From: a virus | IMG/VR virus record: IMGVR_UViG_3300021493_000001 | Reading direction: 5' to 3' (one strand) | Length of the DNA stretch: 64,000 bases | Part shown: piece after piece, positions 48,104 to 57,482 of the stretch | Layout: every line of letters starts with the position of its first letter | Numbering within the stretch: the stretch's first letter is position 1 | The notes under the pieces: generated by a model | The model's database searches: none | What the model saw: the letters and a program-made list of their open reading frames with translations, nothing else | Told to the model about the DNA's origin: nothing | Made by a program: the position numbers and the translations under genes

Positions 48104-48397
48104 CTATAAATTACTTTTATCGGTGGACTTAAATTGCGAGTTTTTTTCTAATAAGAAGTAATTTTCTTTATCAATTATTTTACTTAGTAATATTCTAGTT
48201 TCACAATCAGATAGAGTTTCCCAACTCTGATATTTATACATTGCACGAAATTGTTGTGCCTTACCACACTTTTCACATATTCTAAATCCTGCTTTTATTA
48301 AATTGGAACACTTTTCTCCCAAAAATGTATATGTGTTATTTGAATATACATATTTCCACTTATGCCAACAAAGATTGAATTTTTCTAAAATTCCCAT
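48104..48397 (-). CDS. hypothetical Cys/His protein
   Basis: CWHKW...CEKCG. Confidence 0.55.
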   Translation of the reverse strand: MGILEKFNLCWHKWKYVYSNNTYTFLGEKCSNLIKAGFRICEKCGKAQQFRAMYKYQSWETLSDCETRILLSKIIDKENYFLLEKNSQFKSTDKSNL

Positions 48398-48819
48398 ACC
48401 ACACTCTCCCCCTTATAAAACTTCCTTCTAATTATCTTCCCAATCAAATGTAAACTATCACATCCCAATATAAAGATATCCACATGCCCGTCTTCTCTTT
48501 TAACCCATACCTGCACCATGTCTTCTTTGCCCCAAGGCACTATTTGCAAGGCTTTCTTTTTCTCACCCACTCCTGTATGTAATGTAGCTTGTATCCATAA
48601 AGTAGGCTTGTTTTCTTTCTTAGCAATTAAATCTACACAACCAAATACATCATTTCTTTGGCTGATATAAATCGTTTTTATTTTTTTAGTTTTCTTATCT
48701 TTTATTTTAAGCATTCTCCCTACAGGCTTTTGATTATGAACAATCCAGCCTAATTCTTTAAGCCAATCCTTAACCCATTTTTGAAACCTTAATCCTTTTT
48801 CTCTGCGAGTATCTTTCAA
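48385..48819 (-). CDS. PD-(D/E)xK nuclease, Holliday-junction-resolvase-like
   Basis: KGLRFQKWVKDWL...DVFGCVDLIAKK...WIQAT. Confidence 0.7.
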   Translation of the reverse strand: MKDTRREKGLRFQKWVKDWLKELGWIVHNQKPVGRMLKIKDKKTKKIKTIYISQRNDVFGCVDLIAKKENKPTLWIQATLHTGVGEKKKALQIVPWGKEDMVQVWVKREDGHVDIFILGCDSLHLIGKIIRRKFYKGESVVWEF

Positions 48820-48820
48820 T

Positions 48821-49348
48821 TTATTCTCCTTTACACAATTTTTCTTTTAAAGCTTGATAATCTTCATCAGAAACTTCAATCTCTACACCATCAATGATTA
48901 TTGTATGCTTTTTAGGAATGGGGCGGGCATATTTCCATGACATAATGCTAAAACTGTTACCCTTTTTAAATTCATTTAGGCTATTATCATCTGAATATAC
49001 ACATATATAAGGGTAATCGCTACCATCAATATAACCTACATAAATTCTTTTTTCCCATTTATTCCCAGATTGACTGACTTCAATAAGCTCTCCAAATTTA
49101 AAGGCGTAACCTTCAAACATTTCATCAGTCCAACAATATTGTCCATCATCTTCTTCAATGTAGTAATAATTGTTCCAGACTTCTTTTATAGTAACAATCT
49201 GTCCGCAAAATTTTCTATTTGTCTTAGGAAATGTGAATGGAGTTCCAAGAAAGCTAATACTATTACATACCAATTTATTCCCTCTTAACATTGCCTCCCA
49301 CTGACGGACTCTTACTTTGTCTCCTTCTTTGTAACGCATTTTACTCAT
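48821..49348 (-). CDS. hypothetical protein (tandem SH3-like)
   Basis: YKEGDKVRVR and FKFGELIEVS. Confidence 0.6.
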   Translation of the reverse strand: MSKMRYKEGDKVRVRQWEAMLRGNKLVCNSISFLGTPFTFPKTNRKFCGQIVTIKEVWNNYYYIEEDDGQYCWTDEMFEGYAFKFGELIEVSQSGNKWEKRIYVGYIDGSDYPYICVYSDDNSLNEFKKGNSFSIMSWKYARPIPKKHTIIIDGVEIEVSDEDYQALKEKLCKGE

Positions 49349-50303
49349 CCTCCTCTTCTTCTCCTTGCCTTAATATTTCCTTCAATTGTCCTCTATGATG
49401 ACAATCCTCTAAATGAACCAAACGGCCATTTTCTTCAAACTTTAAATAAATCTCTTTGCCTTCTGTGTAATATTCACTTTGCCGAACTTTTGTAAATTGC
49501 AAAATTGGATATTCTTTCCGTTTATCTTCACCATCATACAGGATTTCAAAACCGTAAGCAGGCCGTTGGAGTGAGCTTTCCCTGCCATAAGGTTTTAACT
49601 TCCCGTATTCTTCTTTGGCTTGCCAAAATAAAAAGATTAGGTTTTTATGTCCTTCTTGTAGTTTGCGAATGAACTTGTTTACTCTGTCATACCTGCCTGT
49701 CAAATCCGCCCAGTCCCAGATGATTATGCTGTTTTTACTTATTGCAAGGGGTTTCATAAATGGGTCTGTAATAGGGATAAACCTAATCTTCCCTTGTTCT
49801 TCCCATTCAATCATTTGTTCTACATCAACTAACTTAGCAAACCTGTAAGCAATATTTTCTTTGCATTCAGAATAGTAATAATGAACAGGCAATCCTTTTT
49901 GCAGGTAAAAAAGAGCTATGTTTATAGCAAAGTAACTCTTACCCTGCCCATAACTCGCATAAATTAAGATGATGTCTGATGGAAACAACAAACATTTATA
50001 TCCAATGCCAAATGGTAAGGGTATCTTTAATTCAGGTTTTAACATATCTTGGAAGGAAGTGGGTGTGGTATGCTTGATGATGCGATAATCCCTTGAATTG
50101 ACTTTCTCTACTTTGCCAAACTCAACAGCCTTGTTCAATATCTTATATGCCGTTGAATATTGGTTGCTACTTAACCCAAGAGTTTGCATCATCTCTTTTA
50201 TAGTAAAAACAAATTCACCGTCATAGTCTTGGAAACTGTCTAAATACTCCAAGACCAACTTTAAAACAGAACCCTTCTGCGCCGTTCCAGACTTAATGGA
50301 CAT
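49341..50303 (-). CDS. wHTH plus RecA/DnaB-like ATPase (probable replicative helicase)
   Basis: ASYGQGKS Walker A, IIIWD Walker B, WQA and KVR. Confidence 0.7.
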   Translation of the reverse strand: MSIKSGTAQKGSVLKLVLEYLDSFQDYDGEFVFTIKEMMQTLGLSSNQYSTAYKILNKAVEFGKVEKVNSRDYRIIKHTTPTSFQDMLKPELKIPLPFGIGYKCLLFPSDIILIYASYGQGKSYFAINIALFYLQKGLPVHYYYSECKENIAYRFAKLVDVEQMIEWEEQGKIRFIPITDPFMKPLAISKNSIIIWDWADLTGRYDRVNKFIRKLQEGHKNLIFLFWQAKEEYGKLKPYGRESSLQRPAYGFEILYDGEDKRKEYPILQFTKVRQSEYYTEGKEIYLKFEENGRLVHLEDCHHRGQLKEILRQGEEEEDE

Positions 50304-51341
50304 TTATCCTTCCTGTCTGGTTGAGGAGACGGATTGCTTCCTAGCTACTCTCTCGGCAAGAAGTTTGATATTAATTGCTCCAATTATATCAGCATCTTCC
50401 TTATGCCCACAGCCAATACAATGAAACAATTCTCCTTGCCGATTCGCTTTATCAGTTAATCCACATAACGGGCAAGTAATGGAAGTATTACATGGATTAA
50501 CCTTTATTACCCCAAAACCTTTGAGGCTTGAAAGCTCCATCAATTTCTTTGCCAACCATTTATATGGCCAATTATTATTATCTCTCCTAAATTTTTTAGT
50601 TCTATTTTTCTTGCCTTTAAACAATAAATCCTCAACAGCAAAATCAGTATCAGGATAAAGCTTTATTAGCTCTTTAGCATAGTGATTAAGCCATTGTTTA
50701 GTAGGTGATAAACAATGCTTATAAGTCCTCCATTTCGTTCTTATTTTTAAGCCTTTCAATTCTTTACCTAAAACTTTACCATCAGAAGTTACAATCGGTT
50801 TATTTAAACCTACATCAATGCCGATAATATTTTTATTCTCTTGTTTAATTTCGGGAAACTCCACAAAGCATTGCATATAATAATTGCCATTGATTTTCAA
50901 TAATTTAAAGCTCCTTCTTAATTTTCCTTTATTAACTGCTTCGTTAAAGATTTTAGTCCGTTTACAAGGCAGAATTATCCTTTTTCTTGGTGTAGTAGAA
51001 ATTACTTTAAACCAAATATTGAACTCCTTTGTTTTAAATTCAGGAATAATATAGGCACTAAACTGATTTAAATCTATTTCCTTGCCTTTGAAATATGGCC
51101 TTTCCTTTTGTTTGGTTTTTTTTGCACCTTTAACTATTTGCCAAGCTTTTTGAGAAGCATCCCTAACAAGTCTTCCACCCCTGCAATATTCTTTAGGAGG
51201 ATATGAACCTTTTATGTCTTTAAATGTCCAAAACAGCTTTATTTTGTGATTTACTTGGTCTTGCCAAAAAGCAATAAGTTTATTTAGTTCCTTGATTTTA
51301 TTTTTATTTGCATAAATTTTTAGTTTGTAAGATTTAATCAT
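50304..51341 (-). mobile_element. tnpB: TnpB RNA-guided endonuclease (IS200/IS605/IS607-type), no transposase
   Basis: RuvC-I GIDVG, RuvC-II VEDL, zinc finger CPLCG...CIGCG, RuvC-III DADIIGAINI. Confidence 0.92.
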
Positions 51342-51408
51342 AATTTACCTTACTTGATTATAAAATTAATAAATGTTTTAACCATTCAGTTCAAGCCCAG
51401 ATGCCACT

Positions 51409-51555
51409 TTAGTCTTTGATTTTAAAATACTGCTTCAATGCCTGCCTGATTATGTAGCTCCGATTGACATCTTTCTTTTCGCACTCCTTGTCAATCCTTA
51501 CCAAGTAATCAAGAGGTAAGGAAACAGTTACCGTGGTATTTCTTCCTCGTTGCAT
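51409..51555 (-). CDS. CopG/ribbon-helix-helix protein (48 aa, not in ORF track)
   Basis: TVTVSLPLDYLVRIDKEC...NRSYIIRQALKQYF. Confidence 0.7.
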   Translation of the reverse strand: MQRGRNTTVTVSLPLDYLVRIDKECEKKDVNRSYIIRQALKQYFKIKD

Positions 51556-51557
51556 TT

Positions 51558-51944
51558 TCATTTTGTTCCTCCTGTAAATTGTTTTATACTAAATATACCA
51601 AAATGGTATGCTTGTCGTATATGGTGTAATTGTCTTTCATCCAATACCATTAAGAACTTCCCTGTGTCTGTATCAAAGTCTGTATCAAACATTATACCTT
51701 TCAATGTTATATCTGCAATTTCCCATACTTCAAATCCATTTTCTTCTATTTCTTGAGCAATTAGTTTCATAATCTCATACAATATTTTTACTCTTGTCGC
51801 ACGCTTTATTTCTTCTTCAAATTGTGCATACACATATTTATTGAATGTTTCTATTGTTTTAAGAGCAAATATTCTTTCAATACTAACACCAAAACTTTCA
51901 TCTCTAATTTTCAAATCCAAATAATCATCTATTTTCTTACTCAT
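51558..51944 (-). CDS. hypothetical protein
   Basis: GGAG RBS. Confidence 0.6.
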   Translation of the reverse strand: MSKKIDDYLDLKIRDESFGVSIERIFALKTIETFNKYVYAQFEEEIKRATRVKILYEIMKLIAQEIEENGFEVWEIADITLKGIMFDTDFDTDTGKFLMVLDERQLHHIRQAYHFGIFSIKQFTGGTK

Positions 51945-52025
51945 AAACTCTCCTTTATTGAAATAAGTTTTTCTTGTATTTCAAGTTTGCTTAATAAATT
52001 GAAATAATGTTTATTCTTCATCTCC

Positions 52026-52262
52026 TTATCCCTTAATTTTCTTTAACTCCATTGGATGCAAATAAAATACATTATCACCTATCTCTACTTTAACTTTGAC
52101 TACTATGTTAGAAAAGGACAGAAGTTGAATTACTTTTGCCGTTTTCCCTACAATATCAAATGTTTCTGCATATGGACAAGGTAAAATTTCAACAATGTCT
52201 CCTATTTTAAAAGGTTGTTCCATTTTAAAGTCCCTCAAAGCTAGTTGGTATTTCATCTTCAA
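52026..52262 (-). CDS. SH3/KOW-like small protein
   Basis: FKIGDIVEIL. Confidence 0.55.
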   Translation of the reverse strand: MKMKYQLALRDFKMEQPFKIGDIVEILPCPYAETFDIVGKTAKVIQLLSFSNIVVKVKVEIGDNVFYLHPMELKKIKG

Positions 52263-52635
52263 TCATAATTGGATTTACTGTCTTTTTAGGTAAAGAGTTA
52301 ACCCATTCTATAAACTTTTCTTTTAAAGGGTCAGATATTCCAACCTGATTATCATCCCATGCATAAGCTCCTATCCCAAAAAACCTTTCATTTGTGTTTA
52401 TATCAAAAATAACCATAAATATGGCATTATAAGGAGATTTAAATCGCTCAGCATATAAAAAGAAAGAATTAGTTTCTAATTCTCCATTAAAAACACTAAT
52501 CGTTTTGCCTTCAACCTTTATATGAACCCAATTTTTATACAATTTTATTTCAGTTCCATTTGAGCATTTAAAAACTGGGTTTTTACTTTTCCCGTTTTCA
52601 TCCCATGCCTTATAATCCCAATTTCCTGAAGACAT
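52225..52635 (-). CDS. hypothetical protein
   Basis: GGAGG RBS. Confidence 0.6.
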   Translation of the reverse strand: MSSGNWDYKAWDENGKSKNPVFKCSNGTEIKLYKNWVHIKVEGKTISVFNGELETNSFFLYAERFKSPYNAIFMVIFDINTNERFFGIGAYAWDDNQVGISDPLKEKFIEWVNSLPKKTVNPIMIEDEIPTSFEGL

Positions 52636-52852
52636 TTTAAGCCTCCTTAATACAATAATTTAATTTCGTGAAAAAGTTTGAATTTGCTAAACTCTCTATA
52701 ATTCATTAAAAACTTAACCAATTTTGCCTCCATATTCAAACTTTGAATTTCATTGCTTTGTCTAAATATCCAATATATCATTCTTAAAAGCACCTTTCAA
52801 AATTTTGCTCAAAATGTATGAGGGGGTAGTTAAATAAATAATATATAATATA

Positions 52853-53008
52853 TTATTCTGTTTCATCTTTCTCAATCTCGTCAATTATTCTTTTAATATC
52901 GGCTAGGGTATCTGCTGAAATAGATACGGTCTCATTCTTTGTAGCTGTATATCTTTTATTTTTTAAAAAGATTTTATAGCCTTTATACTCTTCTATAAAA
53001 GTTTTCAT
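52853..53008 (-). CDS. small hypothetical protein (not in ORF track)
   Basis: MKTFIEEYKGYKIF...; translated by hand. Confidence 0.45.
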   Translation of the reverse strand: MKTFIEEYKGYKIFLKNKRYTATKNETVSISADTLADIKRIIDEIEKDETE

Positions 53009-53011
53009 CCT

Positions 53012-53377
53012 TCAAAACTCCTCATATTTACTTTCAATCAGTAATATTTCTTCATAAGTTTCCATTGCAACTTTAAAATAATCTTCTATTTTTTGAATGT
53101 TCTCATATCTTTGTTTAAAATTACTTATTATTCTTGTAAGGTCTTCAAAGCTAAATGGTGTTGACTTTGAACTATGTTTAAATTTTATTTTAACAAGACC
53201 AAGAGAAGTTGGGATTATTTGTGTTTCCACATTTAGAGTTATCACATCCCATATTTTATCTTGCATTTCTTCAGCAAATATATCTGCATTGGCTTTTATC
53301 CATTGTTCTCTTGCATTATAGTTACCTACATCATCAATCAAGTTCTTTGTTATTTTCATTTTAAAACTCCTTACCAC
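53012..53377 (-). CDS. hypothetical protein
   Basis: ORF track. Confidence 0.55.
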   Translation of the reverse strand: MVRSFKMKITKNLIDDVGNYNAREQWIKANADIFAEEMQDKIWDVITLNVETQIIPTSLGLVKIKFKHSSKSTPFSFEDLTRIISNFKQRYENIQKIEDYFKVAMETYEEILLIESKYEEF

Positions 53378-53589
53378 TTTTCTTATCTATATGTTTAAAA
53401 CAAATTTGAGCACAAATACAAGAAACTAGCCCAACTAATAATGCAACAATAAACAATATCAACTTTTCCATTTAAAACTCCTCCATATTTTGTTTCTGAG
53501 CAAGGTTTAATGGCTTAGACATACTTTTATATGTCTTTAAGGTTAAAACTGCCTCAGCGTTGAAATATGTGCGTCTGAGAGCGGATGGG

Positions 53590-54147
53590 CTATTCATTGC
53601 ATACCCAGCTTTTAATCGTTCTCTCGTTGCCCAAAAAATTTATTTTTATATTATTCAATGCCCATTGATTAACAGCTATTGCTCCTAAAGAAGCAACAAG
53701 GCAAATAAAAGCCTTTGCACCACGCCAAGTGCAAATATCAAATCCGTCTTGTGCTTTTTCAGGTTTAAATTCTTTATCCCAAACTACCTCAAATGTTCTT
53801 TCTGCCGAATAGGCTATATGAATGGCATGAGGGCAAGATATTAAGGCTCGGCTTTCAGCATTATCAAAACAATCCAAGCAAAGGTCAAATTGGTCTAATG
53901 CTGGTTTTGTATCAATTTTAAGTTTTTGAGCTTGAGTAATTATTCCATATTGGTCATATAAATTGAGCTGTAAGGCTTCACTTTTATACAATCCTATTTG
54001 AGAAGGTCTAAACCATTGATTAGGAATATTCCTAGTTTCAACTTTATCATAATCAAATAGATAGTATCCCCAATCTGGATGAGCACCAACCAAAATATAA
54101 GCTAAATTGCTACCCAATGCACCACAGCCAAAAATAGCTATTTTCAT
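53590..54147 (-). CDS. ThiF/MoeB/E1-like adenylyltransferase
   Basis: GCGALG, DYDKVETRNIPNQ, K and DCFDNAESR; candidate catalytic Cys in FDICT; start moved to ATG 54147 behind GAGGT. Confidence 0.9.
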   Translation of the reverse strand: MKIAIFGCGALGSNLAYILVGAHPDWGYYLFDYDKVETRNIPNQWFRPSQIGLYKSEALQLNLYDQYGIITQAQKLKIDTKPALDQFDLCLDCFDNAESRALISCPHAIHIAYSAERTFEVVWDKEFKPEKAQDGFDICTWRGAKAFICLVASLGAIAVNQWALNNIKINFLGNERTIKSWVCNE

Positions 54148-54149
54148 TT

Positions 54150-54581
54150 TTACCTCACTACATAATCTAAATGAAAGCACATTTTCAATCCCTTACAAAG
54201 TGGCTCTTGAAATTCGGGAGAAGGCAAAATTACATTTTTTAAATAGTCTCCAAAAATATCATACACACCAGTAAATATAGAACCTTCATACTTAAAAACA
54301 AAATCTCCAGATTTAGGTTGATATACAGTAAAGAGTGAATGATGAGGTGCAAATGCTAATTCAAGTGCTTCATAAAATTCATTGTCTATATTACTCAGAC
54401 TAACTCCTATTTCAGACGAATGAGTATGAATTACAATCCAGTCTTGGGGATAGAGTTGATGCAGTTTCCACCATTCTAAAAAATCAAATTTTACAGAGGC
54501 ACTATTGCCAATTTTAATTTGGACAAAATTCCTAAACGCCCCTTCAGTGCCTAAAATTACACCTACTTCTTTAAATGCCAT
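54150..54581 (-). CDS. JAB/MPN+ metallopeptidase
   Basis: N-terminal Glu (FKEVG) and JAMM motif HTH-x8-SNID. Confidence 0.75.
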   Translation of the reverse strand: MAFKEVGVILGTEGAFRNFVQIKIGNSASVKFDFLEWWKLHQLYPQDWIVIHTHSSEIGVSLSNIDNEFYEALELAFAPHHSLFTVYQPKSGDFVFKYEGSIFTGVYDIFGDYLKNVILPSPEFQEPLCKGLKMCFHLDYVVR

Positions 54582-54807
54582 ATTTATTCCTCATTCTATA
54601 TTGTAATTTATTAAACCTTTTCATATAATTATCCCAACATTTAAGCCATAACTTTTGCAAGCCCAACCATTGACAATCAATAATACCCAAAGATAAAATA
54701 CAAGGTAAATCTTCTAAAACTATAACCATTGTAGATACTAAAAACCAGAAAGCTAATTGTAAATCAAGATGAATAATGAAATTTTTAGTTTCTATTATCC
54801 GTTTCAT
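54571..54807 (-). CDS. small hypothetical protein within the Ubl operon
   Basis: fills the gap exactly between flanking genes. Confidence 0.4.
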   Translation of the reverse strand: MKRIIETKNFIIHLDLQLAFWFLVSTMVIVLEDLPCILSLGIIDCQWLGLQKLWLKCWDNYMKRFNKLQYRMRNKYGI

Positions 54808-55683
54808 TTAAAATCGTGTTTTATAAATTAAATCCTTCTCAATAAATTCTTGAGCTGTTAATACCATGCTTTTAAGAGATAAAATATTGTCCATGCCTTC
54901 CACACAGAATCCTGCTTCTTTTATCTGGAAGTTATTAGGATTGATTAAGCTGTTAAATTTTTCTCCTTGCACAGACCAGATAATTTCTAAGTTATTTCCA
55001 CGCTGTTTCAGCTCAATTAAATGGCCATTTACTTCTTCTAATGCAGATTTAACCCGTCCTACCAAAGTTTTCTTAAATTCTTCTTCTTTTTGGGCTTTTA
55101 GCAATTCTTGTTGAGTTTTATATTCTAATACATACAGAAAATATAAATACCTTAACTCAGGAGTTAATCCTTTTATATCTATAATGGGCTTATCTATATC
55201 TAAATATTGTTTAGTTATAAATTTATCTTTTAATTTAATTAAAAGCGGATTGCTTGGATATTCCCAGCCGTAAAAAAACATTACCTTGGCTGGGGTTGCA
55301 ATTGGAATAATTGCATAAGACTGCCAGTCTAAATCTGTGCGTAATAAATGAAGTGGCTGGGAAGAATTAGTTGTTATATCCCATTTCGTTTTAAGCAAAT
55401 TGAATGAATAAGGCACAAATTCATTATGAAACCCATATCCTGTAAATGCTCTATTTTGATAAATAAGCTTTACATCCAAGACTGAAGCTTGAGTTATTTC
55501 TACATTGCCTTTACACATTTCAATCCAATACCAGCCATCATTCCAATTTCTTGCTCGTAAATATTTAGAAATATCTAGGGTATAAATATCGCTGTAAGCT
55601 ACTCCATTTAATACAGGTGCTAGAAACTTCATTTTTTCTTCATAAATTGACCTGATAGTTTTAAGAATTTTACTATATTGCAT
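54808..55683 (-). CDS. uncharacterised protein with C-terminal AGFCVEGMD motif (E2-like candidate)
   Basis: coupled to the vWA gene; G-x-C-hydrophobic motif reminiscent of the E2 GxICL. Confidence 0.55.
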   Translation of the reverse strand: MQYSKILKTIRSIYEEKMKFLAPVLNGVAYSDIYTLDISKYLRARNWNDGWYWIEMCKGNVEITQASVLDVKLIYQNRAFTGYGFHNEFVPYSFNLLKTKWDITTNSSQPLHLLRTDLDWQSYAIIPIATPAKVMFFYGWEYPSNPLLIKLKDKFITKQYLDIDKPIIDIKGLTPELRYLYFLYVLEYKTQQELLKAQKEEEFKKTLVGRVKSALEEVNGHLIELKQRGNNLEIIWSVQGEKFNSLINPNNFQIKEAGFCVEGMDNILSLKSMVLTAQEFIEKDLIYKTRF

Positions 55684-57226
55684 AATACCACTCTGGCAGT
55701 GTTAATAAGGGTGTGTTCATGATTTCTTCTATAATAGCCATTTGCCCTTTCATAGCAACCTTAATAGCTTCCATGACTAAAGCTGAATTGGTAACCGTTT
55801 CATAACTTAAAACAGATACAGGAATTCCATTATCTTTATAAGCTATTTCTAATTGATTACCTCGTCCAAAACCAGGATAATCACACCAACAATCTATAAT
55901 TACACAAGCTTTGGGCTTATCTTTATAGTCTTTAATTTTCTGTGTAAGATTCCCCATATTATGACCTTCTACCAGTTCTGTGATAAATATATCCACATCC
56001 GCCCCAAACTTTCTTGCTTCAGGATATAAGGCAAAACAATCAGTAGCCCCATACGGTCTAATTCCAAATAAGATTTGTGCAAAAGCATCTTCTACAAATT
56101 CATTAGGCAGAGGTAAAACCTTACCATAAACATTAAAAACGCCCCATCTAAAATTTTCTTCAGGATTAGATACCATTTCTGCAACTAACGGTGCAACCTT
56201 TTTAGCAACCCTAATCGCATCTTCCATACTTCCAGATATATCAATATGAAGGAATACTTTACCTATTTCTGCCTTTTCAAAATCTTCTTTATGAACCTTA
56301 GCTCTAGCTTTCTTCATTGAAGACTTCAGTTTAGAAGAAATCTTTTTAACTCTAGTAACCCTATCTACAGCAGTGCGAGATTGTGAAATCTTTTTTTCAT
56401 ATAATTTTTTAATTTCTTTATAAGCCCATAACCCTTTATCTTCAAATAACTTACTTAAAATTAACACTTCATCAGGGTTAGCCACATATAACAAAGCAAT
56501 TGCAATTTCAGGTGTTACTTCAGGAATTGCACCCAAGGCTCTTTGAACCTTGATTTTCTCTTTAATAATTCTTTCTGCAATTTCTTTGGTAGTTAACCCA
56601 TCAAAATTTAAGCCTTCTTCAATTTTTACAGGGGTAGTTTTTTGTTTCCATCTAAGGATGGATGCAGTTTCAGGAGAAGGTGCAAGGTGCATTAAACGGT
56701 AAAGGTTTATATAAGTTTTAGATAATCCCTTATTCTTAATGCCTCTGATATAAAACGGGTTTTTCTCTCTATATTTAATATATTTTTTTACAGCAGTATT
56801 CAAAACAACAGGCCAATGCCTTGCATAAGGAAGGCCATTCGTCCCCCATTTAAGACACCCTAATTGTTTAACTCTAAGCACAAGTCTAGGTTCAAGCTCT
56901 TGAATTGCAGCAGCACTTACTATTCTAAAATTAGGCTTCCTATATTTTGAATTAGGTGAAAAAGGCAGTCCATCTGCAATAGACAAGGCATTTGAATAGG
57001 TTGTAAAGACTTTAAGGTCTTTTGATTGACTGTTTTTGATAATCCAAGAAGTGAAATGAGCTAGAAACACTGAGTCATTTTGAGATATATTATAAAACTG
57101 CTTGAGAATATTTAGAGCTTTATCTTGGTTTAACTTACCTTTCTGCCATAGGTGTTGGCAACCCTGAATAAGTAAGTTATATGCATTTAACCTTTCTTCT
57201 GGTAAAAGAGAAGGTAGCTCCTTCAT
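55673..57226 (-). CDS. TROVE/Ro60-like helical protein with C-terminal vWA domain
   Basis: MIDAS IDISGSM, GATD and IFITE; long helical N-terminus (DSVFLAHF...KDLKVF); start at ATG 57226 behind GGAGG. Confidence 0.7.
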   Translation of the reverse strand: MKELPSLLPEERLNAYNLLIQGCQHLWQKGKLNQDKALNILKQFYNISQNDSVFLAHFTSWIIKNSQSKDLKVFTTYSNALSIADGLPFSPNSKYRKPNFRIVSAAAIQELEPRLVLRVKQLGCLKWGTNGLPYARHWPVVLNTAVKKYIKYREKNPFYIRGIKNKGLSKTYINLYRLMHLAPSPETASILRWKQKTTPVKIEEGLNFDGLTTKEIAERIIKEKIKVQRALGAIPEVTPEIAIALLYVANPDEVLILSKLFEDKGLWAYKEIKKLYEKKISQSRTAVDRVTRVKKISSKLKSSMKKARAKVHKEDFEKAEIGKVFLHIDISGSMEDAIRVAKKVAPLVAEMVSNPEENFRWGVFNVYGKVLPLPNEFVEDAFAQILFGIRPYGATDCFALYPEARKFGADVDIFITELVEGHNMGNLTQKIKDYKDKPKACVIIDCWCDYPGFGRGNQLEIAYKDNGIPVSVLSYETVTNSALVMEAIKVAMKGQMAIIEEIMNTPLLTLPEWYYAI

Positions 57227-57276
57227 TTGAGCCTCCAAAATTTTATATTTAAGCTCCTAAGTTGCAGGAATTGTTT

Positions 57277-57352
57277 TGGCCAGCTAAACGGGACTTGAAC
57301 CCGTAACCATCAGCTTTTGGAGCTGATGCCTATCCAATTGGGCGATTAGCTT
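57277..57352 (-). tRNA. atypical 76-nt tRNA-like RNA (Trp-like body, anticodon register ambiguous CCA/CAA)
   Basis: acceptor AAGCTAA/TTAGCTG, G73 and encoded CCA; D loop AATTGG; anticodon stem TCAGC/GCTGA with loop TCCAAAA; T arm ACGGG-TTCAAGT-CCCGT. Confidence 0.8.
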
Positions 57353-57391
57353 GTAAATTCCTGCATTAGAGGAGCTTGTTGTTATCAAAAC

Positions 57392-57482
57392 GACTCCTAA
57401 GTGAGAAGAACTCCTAGAGTGGGCTAGGCCCCATTCCTGATTCCACATATCAGGTGCTTGTAAGTTCTTCTCAAGAGGAGTC
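57392..57482 (-). ncRNA. 91-nt three-way-junction structure
   Basis: GACTCCT/AGGAGTC and TGAGAAGAACT/AGTTCTTCTCA closing stems; inner hairpins CCTGAT/ATCAGG and CCTAG/CTAGG. Confidence 0.55.

Noticed and set aside
53500-53585. Novel ncRNA downstream of E1
   Set aside because: Only two short hairpins are present; they are adequately explained as the operon terminator or stabiliser.
55965-55990. Inactivated vWA MIDAS (ITELVEGHN rather than ITDG...)
   Set aside because: Glu may substitute, or the local sequence may be erroneous; this cannot be decided without alignment or reads.
57277-57352. tRNA as an attP/attL integration remnant
   Set aside because: No integrase is in the window, the tRNA is full length and lies mid-operon, and no duplicated 3' fragment was seen.
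57392-57482. Hammerhead ribozyme or SECIS element
   Set aside because: No CUGANGA/GAAA core on either strand; reading through the Ubl TGA hits another stop after six codons.
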